This document shows, in pieces, positions 16,443 through 27,897 of a stretch of 64,000 bases of DNA. Under the pieces are notes generated by a model, which was not told where the DNA came from, made no database searches, and saw only the letters and a program-made list of their open reading frames with translations. How positions within the stretch are numbered: the first letter of the stretch is position 1; each line of letters starts with the position of its first letter. This DNA is from Klebsormidium nitens (taxonomy: Eukaryota > Plantae > Klebsormidiophyceae). The DNA lies in contig DF237052.1 of assembly GCA_000708835.1 (NCBI GenBank), positions 62,001 through 126,000 of the forward strand. The letters run 5' to 3'. A program made the translations under genes and the position numbers.

Positions 16443-19400
16443 ATGGCGGTTGAGGACGCGGCAGAGCCTGCAGAAGGAGTTGAGCAGCTTGCTACAGACA
16501 TTGCTGCTCTAACTACATTGGAGACCCAGGAAACACATGCGGAGATGCAAAGCGAAACAGAGGTTGCGGATTTTGGCATTTATTCAGGAATACAAGACTT
16601 TGTGGACCATCATTCAGCATCTGTAAGTTCTGCTGCTTGTTTCTTTTCCTTGTGTCTTGTGTTTGATTTGTGTCTGTTGTTCTGATCTCAAAAAAGGTCC
16701 TCATTCAACCTAATTCAAAGCTCTCCGGGTAGCTTCGAAGCAAACCATGCAACACTGCCCAACTCCGCTCCTCAAATGATGCCGCTTTGGAGACAGATGC
16801 CGCTTCGGAGACAGGTTCTGCAATTGGCAAGACAAGATGCTAATCTTCCTAGTAGTCTGACAACAACAATCCTACCGAGTACACGGGCTTGGACCAAGCA
16901 AAGTCACAGTTGTCTTCTGCTAGAGCCACAAGCACATTAGGTTCGCTGCAACTGCAATCCATACTCTCTGTAGCCCAGCAGAGCCATGTTGCAACAATTT
17001 GATTGTCCATTGCTGTCCAATGTTGAGGGTGAGGCTTCCTGATAGAATACTTTGCTGTGCTTCTTGGCAGATCTGTTATTTTGACTGGTTGTAGCATTGA
17101 CACAGCCTGGGAACATCCATCTTCCTCGGACCTAGAACATGTCTGCGCCAATCACGCCCACCAGAACCAGAAAATCTGTCTGCCTTGTTTGTAGACCAGT
17201 GGATCGCTGGAGCCTGTAGGTCACACCTCCGCTTGATTGACGATGTCCGGGCTACCCTGATGCAGAATTCATAGCTCATAATGTGCACGTTAAACTGTAG
17301 TTGTTCCATATTGTTGACTTGGAAGCTACTCACTGAGGGGATAGCCCTTTCAGCAGACATACCTGTAGTGGAACCTGAATCACTCTGCAGGGCAAGGCCT
17401 CTTAGGCCCCAATCATTCTGGCCGAAATAATGGGGAAAGGACCAGAAATGGACAAGTTGCGATCCGTATCATTGACTTTCCCTAGTTTCGAACGCGGTTC
17501 TTAAGTAAGTCTCGCTCTTCCCATGTTCACTGACTGGCACAGCCCAATCTTGTAAGCCACGGTTCACATTCACCATTTTGCGGCTCCCTGCAGGGTGTGC
17601 TTAACCGTGATGAGTTCGCCAATATTTTGACGCTGGATGATGACAGTAGCTTCATGGCTGAGCTGGTGCCAATCTTCACCACAGACATGGAGGCATTTTT
17701 CACAAGAGCTGCAGCTTGGGTAGAACAGCTGCCAGAGATACCGTGAGTTCTCTCTTCAATATAACTTGATCCGGAAACAAGGGCTTCCAGAGAAGGGCCC
17801 TACAGCAGGTTTGGGGCCCCCATAGTCCAATCATTCTTGAGCGACACTTAAGATATACTACTAAGAAGAATACTACACCTGCAACGCTGGCAGACGTGAA
17901 CTTTCCCGATTTGTCAATCTGCATGATATGAAATTTTAAGTGTTCAAACCAACAACCGAAATGGGTTTCTTTTCTCGACCCCTTGTCGCTGCTTGAACTC
18001 GAATTGGTACAGGCCTTGGGAACGGTCTCCCTTTGAATCAAGTTTCCCTTTCTCCCAAGTTGAATCAAGCCGGTTGCTTCATAGGGCACTCCCCGTAGTA
18101 TGTCTCGTTGGTTGCACGTAACACAGCGCACACTGATGCTCACCAAAGAGGGATGCTTCCTGCAGGCTTGTCGAGCCCACAGGCACACCACTGTTTAGCG
18201 TTGCCTGGACACTCTGGTTGTTTATGAGAATCAAATGTTTGAGGAGTGGCTTTGAAGAAATTTCCTTTAGAAAAGGAGGGAGCAGTGTTGCACAAGTATT
18301 CAAAGGTGCATGTGTCTCAGCCGTTCAACGGTGATTGCATTTGAGACCGCTTGTTTGTTACTTGAGAGAGAGTCTCCAGCAACCGTTTGAATCTTTGGCC
18401 CTCTAGCCGTTGCACCAAGTTCAGCTCCTCCAGGGTACTTCGAAACTGAGCAGAAGTCCTTGCTTGTGTAATGCACAATCGAGTATCCTTTGGATCAGGC
18501 TAGCTAACCTACCGTCATCTGCCTGCAGCGTGCCAATATCTGTAACTTCTGCGCCTTGTTACAGTTCCGTCATGGACTTACAAGTCCATGACGGAACGGA
18601 ACATAGTCCATTCGGGCGGCTTCTTTTGACACAGTGTATGGCGCACGATCCTGTAGGGCCCTCACATTGGCTGATGATTGTTGTAGGGAGCACGAACGCA
18701 ACAGCGGGCTTCCAAGCGAAATTAGGAGGGTTTACGACAACTTCAACGTGAGACTAGCGGCCTGTACATCAGCGTACACGTAAGATATTCCCTTTTCTCA
18801 AGGATTCAAGTAATCCTAGTGCATGTATATCACACTCCAAAAGCATTATCGAAAGCAGAGCAGAAAGAGGAGATTGAAGGGAGAAAACGTCGACCTCCGG
18901 CTATCAAAGTCGAAGGCAGGGCACTCCATTGGCGTGCCAATCTCGCTTTAATTCAAAGAAGTCCATGTCGATCTGTTTTCTTTAGCACAGCACAGTTGCT
19001 TCTTGAACAGAAGACGATGCTGTTTACAAATGTAACATCCATGTCAGGGTCTGCTTGTAGACGAGCAAACTTGCTATCAGACGATTTCTGCTCGCTCGCC
19101 TTCATTCGGTCTATGCTCGAAAGGCCCTTAAGTTCCTGCCAAAGTCCGGCGTCGCACTTCAAACAACGCGAGTCGAATGCATGAGGAAGTACTTGCTTAA
19201 ATTCGCGCAATCTTCCTGCTGTCAGACGAACTTGCCAGATTGTGCTTGCAGTATGGGCGCCTTGCGGCTGAAGGATGCTCTGTGGGAGCTTCGAAACCGG
19301 AAGCATGCTTATGATGCGCAAGGGCGAGCCTGCTGCAAATCCCATGTCCTCGTCTCGCACTTTGATTGAGCCTAAGGGCTTCTGTAACTTGACGCAAAGA

Positions 19401-20176
19401 TGGAAGAATCACACTAATCATGCCACCTTGGAACGGATTGTCCAAGACTTGCTTTTGGAAGGCGGATAGTTTGCCAATTCAGCTGAGTGGTGCTGTGGAT
19501 CATCGCTGTGGTGACTGTAGATGACCCTTCTGATTGCACGGTGTAGAACATACTTCACCTCTGCGAGCAGCGTGTCTCTCCGTAACATTGCGAGCTGGAA
19601 GGAAGGAACGAGGTGGTTCCCTCCTTGAAGTATCACTCTGTGGTCGTATTGTGTGGTTTGGTTTATGGAAAAGAAGGTGGTCGACATCACTTGGAGCTTG
19701 CAGCAATTGCAACATTTCATTCGGAAGTAGAGCAAGGGGATCGCTGCTTAAAGCCAAGCTCCTTCATGCCGTTTCTTCCGGCTCAATGTTTGCACACAGT
19801 GTGCTTCGAACGTGAACTTTATATTCAACTCTCGTTGGCAGGTATATAAGATTCTCATTCCGCATCGTGCAGATGCAAGGAAGCACTTCGTGTTGCCGAG
19901 TTGGCCTATCCAGAATTTAAAGGAGTTTTGGAAGACTTTCTCGAGGTGCGTCAGGACGAGATTGCATGCGGGTGGTTTCTGACCTTCTTTTGGTAACTTG
20001 CTGGTTGCAACTCGGGACTTCGTCTTGCAGTGCTTGCTTGTCAATCGTAGCAGCTCACATGACACCGTGACATCAGAAGTTCCAGTTGTGGGACACTCTT
20101 AAGGGGCGCATGTGTTCAAATTCTGTTTAAACAGGCAGACAAGCTGAAAGCAGACCTGTGGGTTAACACTGTCTAA
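16443..20176 (+). CDS. AHP-type histidine phosphotransfer (HPt) domain protein; phospho-His exon not found intact (candidate pseudo-HPt)
   Basis: Exons 16443-16622, 17594-17742 (GVLNRDEFANILTLDDDSSFMAELVPIFTTDMEAFF, like the AHP GILDxQF...F..E.V..F segment), 19252-19323 (SMGALRLKDA, like SIGAxRVKNA; 72 nt), 19873-19945 (GCKEAL...Y..FK..LE.F; 73 nt) and 20135-20176. Sizes and phases of the two internal 3' exons match the plant AHP gene structure as I recall it. Intron 19324-19872 needs a GC donor. No intact HQxKG exon was found between 17743 and 19251. Confidence 0.72.
18564..18597. repeat. Perfect 16-bp inverted repeat with a 2-nt spacer (hairpin/cruciform)
   Basis: gttccgtcatggactt-ac-aagtccatgacggaac; the arms are exact reverse complements. 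Confidence 0.95.
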
Positions 20177-22732
20177 TGGCCCTTGAGCTCCAAGTGGTCT
20201 AGTGAGTTACTTCCTCCGCTTGAGCACTCTCTTAACGGCAGAAGTCCGGTAGACTTTACACCGGTATGTGGTCATTTGTGCAGTTACATTGCCTACCGCA
20301 TGGCAGACGGACGATCTTTGTCCAGCTAATGACTCTATTTGTGCGAGGTCGCCTGTATGCAAGCTCCGCCGGCCAATCAGCCTTCCACGGGTCCTGAACC
20401 TCAGAGAGGTAAGTCTTGACAAGGACGGCTTTCTCGGGTACGGCTTTTCGAGGAAGTGCCCGGTTGAGAGATGCACCTTTCCGCTTTGCTTCTACTTTAG
20501 GTACTGAGGCTCAAAGGAGCCCTGTACGGTACGGATACCAAGAGGATTGTAAAACTCGCTTCTCTGAAAGAGCTCGAGCTTCTTCTGGACGGATCAGTCT
20601 CAAATGCTAGATCGTCAAGGCCATCACGGCTCAGGCGATTGGTGGTTTGCTGCTTGAATTCTCTGCACATGTAGATGGTATCCTTATCGTCTTGCGTACT
20701 GGTCACGTCATGTGCATTAATTCCCTGGCCCGATCTGGTGCAAATTTTCTTGCATATTTGATTGAAAAGGCCGTAAAGAAGTTGTTTGTTTGTCACAGTC
20801 TTTGACCCAAGAACTTCAGCTCAAAACGCTTTGAATCATGGGTCGTGGTTGGATGGCGCCATTGTGATTGTGTGTCTATTCCTTTTCTAGCTTTGATCAG
20901 CCCTTGTCTGGAGTAAGGTCAGCTAGTTCAAAAGTCCGATTGCGAGGGGTGATGTTTGATGGAAAAGTATTTTACTTGTTGCAGACTCACGCAATAAGGG
21001 TAGAACCAATATCGTAAAATGGCCGCATAAAATGTCAACCGCCAACAATGAAACCTGAGCAAAAACTGTTGACTTTACATCACTCTCCGCTTCTGAGTAC
21101 GAGAGCGTTGTGGCAACATGCTGTAGAGATCGACGTTTGGAGAGCTTGACGCTCCAGTAAACTGTGTAGAAAGTGCGGTTTGTGTCGTCGAGGTCCGGTA
21201 TTGGCAGGCGGGGCTGCTTAGGAAGCGCCAGGCAATCTAAGCCATGCAGGTTGCAAGAAGATTAGGGGGCGGTCATTAAATAGATTAATATGATATTAAG
21301 AAGTAGTTGTGAGGATGTACCTTATGAACAACCGAATCGCTCGCGGGCAGCGGCACGTCATGACGCGATCAATGCTGATTGTCCAGATTGTAAAGACCAC
21401 ATTGATAACTCTGTCGATAAGGTACCTTATTTCACCGGATGCAAGTTTGCATGTTGCGCTCCATTCTTGGCACTTCCAGAACGTTGGAAAAGTTTAACTG
21501 CTTATTCGGGAGGTTGCTCCGCCTGTAAAACATGTCCAGATTCAATTTGACCCTACGAGAATTCTAAACTGAAGACAGGCTGATTCGGGCGGCCTCAATT
21601 AGTGTAAGTGTCTATATGGTCGATCCTATATAGTATTAATTGAGTCTCTATATGACATATGATTAAGCTCGCCTCTTCACACCGTATCCTTCACCTACTA
21701 AGCCTATATTATTGTAACAAATTTTCCTTGGCACGTTCAAATTGTATGATGGGATTATAGACGTATACGTACTGACGGATAAAACGGGCGTACCATGCTG
21801 CCGCGCGCGTGCCACCGCAGCTGATCATTTGCTTGTTAGGTTTGAGGTGCAACGCGGCCGCTGGGGCCTCAGCGCATGATCGAACGGTTCATAGATCCGA
21901 TCGTACATCGCATGAGCTTCTGTGAAGAAAATCAGTGACGGTCGTCGGAAGATCAAGCGCATTATATTATCCATGTACATATATCTCCTACGTGTTCGTG
22001 CATGTCGACGTACTCAGATATATTTCGGCCGGCCATGATAAAGCATGATGAAGCCCGGCCTGCGATCCGATCACGTTGATGATCACTGATGCAGGTTGCC
22101 GCCCCACTGACAGGCTATACTAGCTGTAATTGCAGTCATAACACCGTGACGTGTGGAGACTTCACATGAGAATTAAGAAACTTGGGCCATGCACCACGGG
22201 CTTGCACGGTGCATGGCAGTCATAACTTCATACATTTCATTCTAAAGGTTCACAATAGTCGATAATATAAGCACTACATATAAACTCGAAACGTAGCTAA
22301 GTGTCAAAAATGGGCGAACCTATGCGTAGGGTGTCAACCAGCGCCAACTTTCAGAGCCAACCATCATACTTTCCAGTTCGGGTGCACGACCCAAGGTAAA
22401 CCTTATAGTTTGGCCACTGCTCCGTTTGGGACCGAATAAAGGTTTGCTTATGGTCGGCGGAACACTCCAATCGCTCCATCTCACATTCAATTGATCCGCA
22501 CGAAACTGGCTCTTATAGGTGCCCCGTGGTCAGCAATCGCACAACAGATGCTCAAAGTGGGCGTTGGATGTCAAAGCTCGGGAAATGGATATCAGTGAGT
22601 ATGAGATTCTCGTGACGAATGAGATTGAAAGTACAGCGGATCTGGGCTCTCTGCACCGTAGATTGCCTGAAGTGGACATCATCCTGTCTTCCGCCCATTT
22701 TGACAATAGCAAACTATCAAAAGCAACCGTGT

Positions 22733-25700
22733 TCATGAAAGAACCTCCCCAACAAGGCCTTTGATGGCTTCTCCAATTTCTACGGACGCCGTTTGCTTGT
22801 CGCTCACGGCCTCAAAAACGAGAGCCGAAGCAGGAATGGTTTCTAGGGCTTGAACACAAATAGCTGCGGCGTCCTCTCGGCTAATTGTACCCCTTAAGAT
22901 GTCGCCCTACACGAAAGATAGGGTCGAATCATTCAATTCGTGAGCGGGCAAAACCACATTGCACTGCCTAAAGCAGCGGGATTTGCCAAGGATCTCTTCG
23001 CTTCCTTTGCCAAGTATCTCTTCGGTTCCAGAAAGGATCGGAGCGATAAAGATGGGATGGTCAAGGGCTTTCACATCGCAGTCAGCCTCGCACTTCAGTC
23101 ACAAGGTGGCGCCGTCAAGTGAACCCGTAACCGAGCTTTCACTTTCTTAAGGAATCCCTTTTTAAAAGTGCTTTACCTTCCTCTGGTCCTCTGGATGGAG
23201 GAACGCTGCCATTCAAGTTTTCGACCTTAAGGCTAAGTGGACTCCAGGACTGGTCTGAAGGAAGACGTGAAAAAAAGGAACGCATGTGTTCTCTTGCCCG
23301 AATCCTGGACGAGGATTCGCGAGTTGACGTTTTCACCAAAGTAAGGTAGGTGGGCGATGTTTTGCCGTTTCCAGACTTCCCGAACAACAACATCTTGTCT
23401 TTAGAGTGAAGGAAATATGAAGGGGTCAGCTCGGCGGGTTTCTGCAAGAAGCAATCTGAGGTCGACATCTCACAACTCCTTCTGCAGGTGGGCATACAAC
23501 AAAACATCGGCGGAAACGGCGTTTCCTCTGCACAGACGAAACACAAGTACTTCGGACAATCCCTCCCTGCTTGCAGGAAGAAGACCGGGCGTTTGCATCT
23601 AACAAATCCTTCGTTCCAAAGCATAGCGGCAGTCCGATGTGGGCTTCTGCGGCTTCAAGTCGCTAGCCCCAGACTAAAGGCCATTTGTCAGCGCACCCGC
23701 AAAACGAGCCTGTGTAATGTTCCCTGCCGCCTCTTTGTAACGTCGTTCACCAAAGACTTTCGGAAACCTGCACTCCCGCCGCCTGCTTTCCGATTTCCGC
23801 GCACCCCAAATCGGCTCCGTTGGAAGGTCAAGCGGAGTTCCCTTATATGCACCAAAGCATCCACGAAAATTCTTTTATCCGACCCGTGTGCAAATAAATC
23901 AGCTTTCACGATAGTCAGGAGCAAGACAAGCAAATCTCCTGGCATACCTGCCCAAAGGAGATTCCGGTTTGGCCCCCCGGTTGGTCCGTCAGCTTCCCGG
24001 CTCTCACGATCGTGTACGGAACGCCGCTCCCCGCCACGCTGGCCTCATCGTCTAGGTAGCCCCGCAATGATTTGAAGCCCCACAAGCCGCCGCCATCCTT
24101 CTGTTTCGAGGTCCCGACCTGCGGGGGAGCAGTGAATGCGACATGGAGATGTCTCGTTGGAAGTATATGCTTGCGTGGATTGATCCGTTAGAAAATCAAC
24201 TCAGCAAAAGGAGAGTTCTGGGACCAAGGCTTGGTTTTGTACCTTGGCTTCGGGGGAAGGCCCGAGTAATTTTTTCATCGGAAAGACTTTCCCTGTCTTG
24301 ATGAAGGCGAGTCCAAATCAATGCCGACGTCAGCAAAAGTGGTGACACCTAGCGGACTGTACACGTTGTGGCTGGACAGAAGTATTTCATGCGACCTGAA
24401 TAGGATGCAGCCTGAAATCGTCAGCAGTGAGAGCATATTGCGAGGAGGACGGGCTAGAGGGCCAGAGTTTGGCACGGAAGTATGGACAGACCTGTGAGAA
24501 GACGGAGACAAGACAGCACCATCGCTGAAAGCAGGAGCCGTGCTGACCGAAGCAGCAGAAATGCAAAGATGACAGTTCATCAAAAACTCAGGCGACCAGC
24601 TTCGGATGAGTATATTTGGAACGGCAACCCGGAGCTTGGATCTGGACGATCCGATCTTGTCTGCACGAGCTCGCCACCCGCTTCCTGGTGGTCCTCTAAA
24701 ACGCGACTTCAAATTCGAAACGCTCGTGCGGCCACAGACTGAATCTTCTGAGTCCAGACTCAGACTTTTGGGCTTAGTGACCATCATTACAGGACATGAG
24801 TAGGATCACAAGGTGACAACTTCCGAACCCAAGTCTCAATGGTGTGACCGGATTCAGCTCCGGATGCAGGTTCAATTCCAATTTCTAGTCCAACAACCAT
24901 CCTTAGATTTCTAGGTCGAAGATCAGTAATCTGAGTCCGAATCATGCCAGAATGCAGGTTGGAAGAAGAGGCACAAATTCCAAAAGCAAGCCTTGGAATT
25001 CCTCTCCAGAATGTTACCTGCGAAGAGTTGCCTGAGACGAGTGCTCCCGTATCAACTTCGGGAAACAACAAAGGGGAAGGAAGCAGGAACAAACAGACAG
25101 AATGGAGTGCACGAATCAAGATTCGTGCACTCCATCTTGCGCACCTGTGACAGCAGCACAATATGCTCGACGCCCGCCCTCCTGGCCACGTCCACGACGC
25201 TCCCGACTCTAGTTGTCACAATCACCGCTCGCACCCCCTCCCCCATCGCTTTCTCCACGCTTTCCCCATCTTTCACTTCGCCAACGATCGGTTCTACGTA
25301 CGGTCCGAAAGAGGCTTTTGCTTCTTTGGCATCTCGGACGAGCGCTCGGACGCGCTTTCGCGCGAGGATGAGGGAAAGAACGACGAGCTGGCCGGTGGGG
25401 CTGTCGGCGTCGGTAACTAGGATGGCGTCTTTAGGGCCCGAGTACGTTTGCTTGGGGAGGGGTGCCGGCTGCGAGACACAGAGCTGGTTCAGCGAAAGCA
25501 AATTGTACGAGGGGTTGTGGTTTGGAGGATCTGAAAACATTCAGAATGCTTCTTGAGAGGGATTTCCTGGCTTGTATCCTTGTCAAGACTTGAGCTAAAA
25601 AATAACCCCTCCAGATCCAACTGAAGTGCAAAACAGTCTCCAAGAACAGGGGACCAACTGTACTGAACGCATTTGCTTGAGAAGAAACTTGTGCACTGTA

Positions 25701-26570
25701 TCAGTTATGGAAATGAAAAGGATATCATGATGGGGACAGTATGGACGAAGGTGCTCATCAAAAAATAAACGTAGGCTTCCCACCCCTGGGAAGGTCGCAA
25801 ATTGCTTCAAATTTTTGGACTCCTTGGGATGGGGCTCTTTGTGTGTAAGCACAATTCAAAGATGCTCGGAGTTCACGAGCTTACGAAGCAGTGCAATTTT
25901 GAATGAGAATGTATGTATGTTGCGATGCAGATGCGGAAGACCTGAGACGTGTATTCTTGGAGTATGCTCCAAGAGCAGATTGCTATGTGTGAGCCAGTGC
26001 TGTTTGTATAAAAGTGACGCAACCTGACTCTTTTGCACATGGGTCAAATCACTGCAATCTGCTTTTGTAGCAGGAAACCCTCTTTGCTTAATACCCCCCA
26101 CCACCACATCGTAAGTGGTGTTCAAGTTTCAACATTTACTCCAATTGATAGTGCAATTACTCCAATTGATAGTGCAATTACGGGCAAAGAAAGGGCCATC
26201 GCCTGCAAGTGATTAGCCAACTTACTTTTCCTTCTTCAATTCCACCGTCCCGCGGCGCCGCCTCTTCTTGACCGTACCACTTTCGCAGCTTTGGCCCCCC
26301 CTCAATGTAATCCAGCAACTGATCACCGAAGCTCAGCTTTGATTTCCTACCGGGGTCTTTGCTCTCCGCCGTCACTTGAAACCTCCTTCGATGGACCTTT
26401 CTTTGCGCATTCAATTTCTGCAATGAGGGATTAAGAGGTCCCACATTGTGCCGGAATCGGAGCGTGCAGAGCTTATTCTGTAGGAGTATCCTGTGAGTTG
26501 CGCGCTTGCCAGTGTCGAGGAGACACTGTGTGCCAGAAGCTACGTCCCGGCAATACAACAGATCTGTCAT
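22733..26570 (-). CDS. NAD(P)-binding Rossmann-fold (atypical SDR) protein, At1g72640-like, probably plastid-targeted; 4 exons, 337 aa
   Basis: Exons 26570-26226, 25468-25145, 24118-23948 and 22906-22733, all phase 0, GT-AG, 1014 nt. Motifs: SFGDQLLDYIEGGPKLRKWYG, AILVTDADSPTGQLVVLSLI, VPYTIVRAGKLTDQPGG and GTISREDAAAICVQAL. Confidence 0.88.
22982..23029. repeat. 24-bp tandem duplication in an intron (22/24 identical)
   Basis: tttgccaaggatctcttcgcttcc followed by tttgccaagtatctcttcggttcc. Confidence 0.9.
26136..26181. repeat. Perfect 21-bp tandem duplication in an intron
   Basis: ttactccaattgatagtgcaa twice, followed by ttac. Confidence 0.95.
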
Positions 26571-27897
26571 TTTGCCTACAATCAGATGCCTTGCGGCTCC
26601 CTTGATCTTTTCAATAGGGTCCAGCCCCAGCCGACTTTGTAATCAACCAAACACAAACTCAGGTTGCATACGGTTTGATTGAATCACTGCGAATCTGAGA
26701 TGGATTCTCTGTAGATGAGCTTGGATGAGCTATTGTCTTCGAAATTGAACGATCAATCAGCAACCAAGGCAGCAATGTAATTGCGTCGTCTGCTGTCAAA
26801 TTCAGAACGTGTATCGAATGCAACTTTTTGCTGCCTGTTTGTCAAAGAGCAATAGTTTAGTCAGGCCAGATTCTGGCCGTTCGCGAGAAAGTGAGCCCAA
26901 TGCCGCCACTGCGCCAGCTAGTGTTGTTGCATTCTGAAAGCGGATTGTAGGAGCACTGAAATCTAACTTCTGTCAGATTCTGAATCTGTCGAGTTCTGCT
27001 GGCGCCAATTCAATGGTGCTTCGTGAGGCAGCCAGGCACCTATCTAGAGCGAGGCGAACTTGTCAAAAACGAAAGAAGGAGAGCTGCCGCCAGGCTGCCG
27101 CCAAGATACCGCTTCTTCAACCCTGTTCTTGATCGAAGGGTTTGCGAGTCTCCACGCACGAAGAAAGTGACCGATCGACGGTATATGTACCAGCCGTCAA
27201 AATCCGTCAAGGTTTCGGGGCCATGTTGTGCATTGTGAACTGACGAGTTCGTCACCAGCCATGATCTGTCACTCAGTCAGTGTCAAGGACCAGTTCAGAT
27301 CTTGCTCAGCTGGCGATCTAGAACGAGCAGAGCTTGGCACTGTACAGGGAGAGCAGCAGAGCTCTGAGCAGGGAGCTGAGCGTGAAGTTGGCGCAGCTGT
27401 GAAAGGCAGGAAACTAAAACACACACCTCTTGATCGCGCCGTTCTTCGTGAGGTTGCATATAGAGCTGGCACAGCTGCTCGTGAGATCTCACGTGTCCTA
27501 GCTGCGGTGAAGCCGGCGCCGTCGCTTCCATGAGAGAAAGATTTAGAGCTGCCGCCTCAAGGTCTTGGTGTCCCCCTCACCTCTGGTCCGCTTGTCGCTC
27601 TCCAACCTTCACAACTCCTGAAGGAGATTGTCTTAACGCCATCCTGAGAAAGGATTGAGCAGGAAAGGGTGTCAATAGCTACAGCCTAGAGAAGCACACC
27701 ATCTTTCCAAGCCTCTTGCTCCTTCCGTATGATCAACAGCATTGCGCGCTAAGCAGAGAGTTGGCCTCCTGGGAAGACCTGTTGATCGATTACACTGCGT
27801 AATCCCAGGGGTGCTGTTGAGTTGCAGTAACCAGCTTTGGTTTAGCCTGGTTTGTCATTGGTCTTAATAACATCTAGGTTGCTCGCAGAGATAGAGA
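26571..27897. promoter_or_regulatory. Divergent promoter/5'UTR region between the Rossmann gene (-) and the ABC1K7-like gene (+)
   Basis: Head-to-head ATGs at 26570 and 27898. Confidence 0.4.

Noticed and set aside
16849-17360. Minus-strand YREYGLQL stretch resembling MTOPVIB/Topo VI-B
   Set aside because: The match is too short, there are no supporting exons, and the region is intron 1 of the plus-strand HPt-like gene.
18953-20065. Protein-looking minus-strand ORFs of 85-135 aa
   Set aside because: No recognisable motif or consistent splice model; they lie antisense to the HPt-like gene.
22519-24787. Several 60-195 aa ORFs on both strands
   Set aside because: They fall in introns of, antisense to, or just 3' of the Rossmann gene, whose four exons account for the conserved sequence.
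27013-27533. Possible small gene between the Rossmann and ABC1K7 genes
   Set aside because: Only short basic ORFs, with no homology I recognise and no coherent exon chain.
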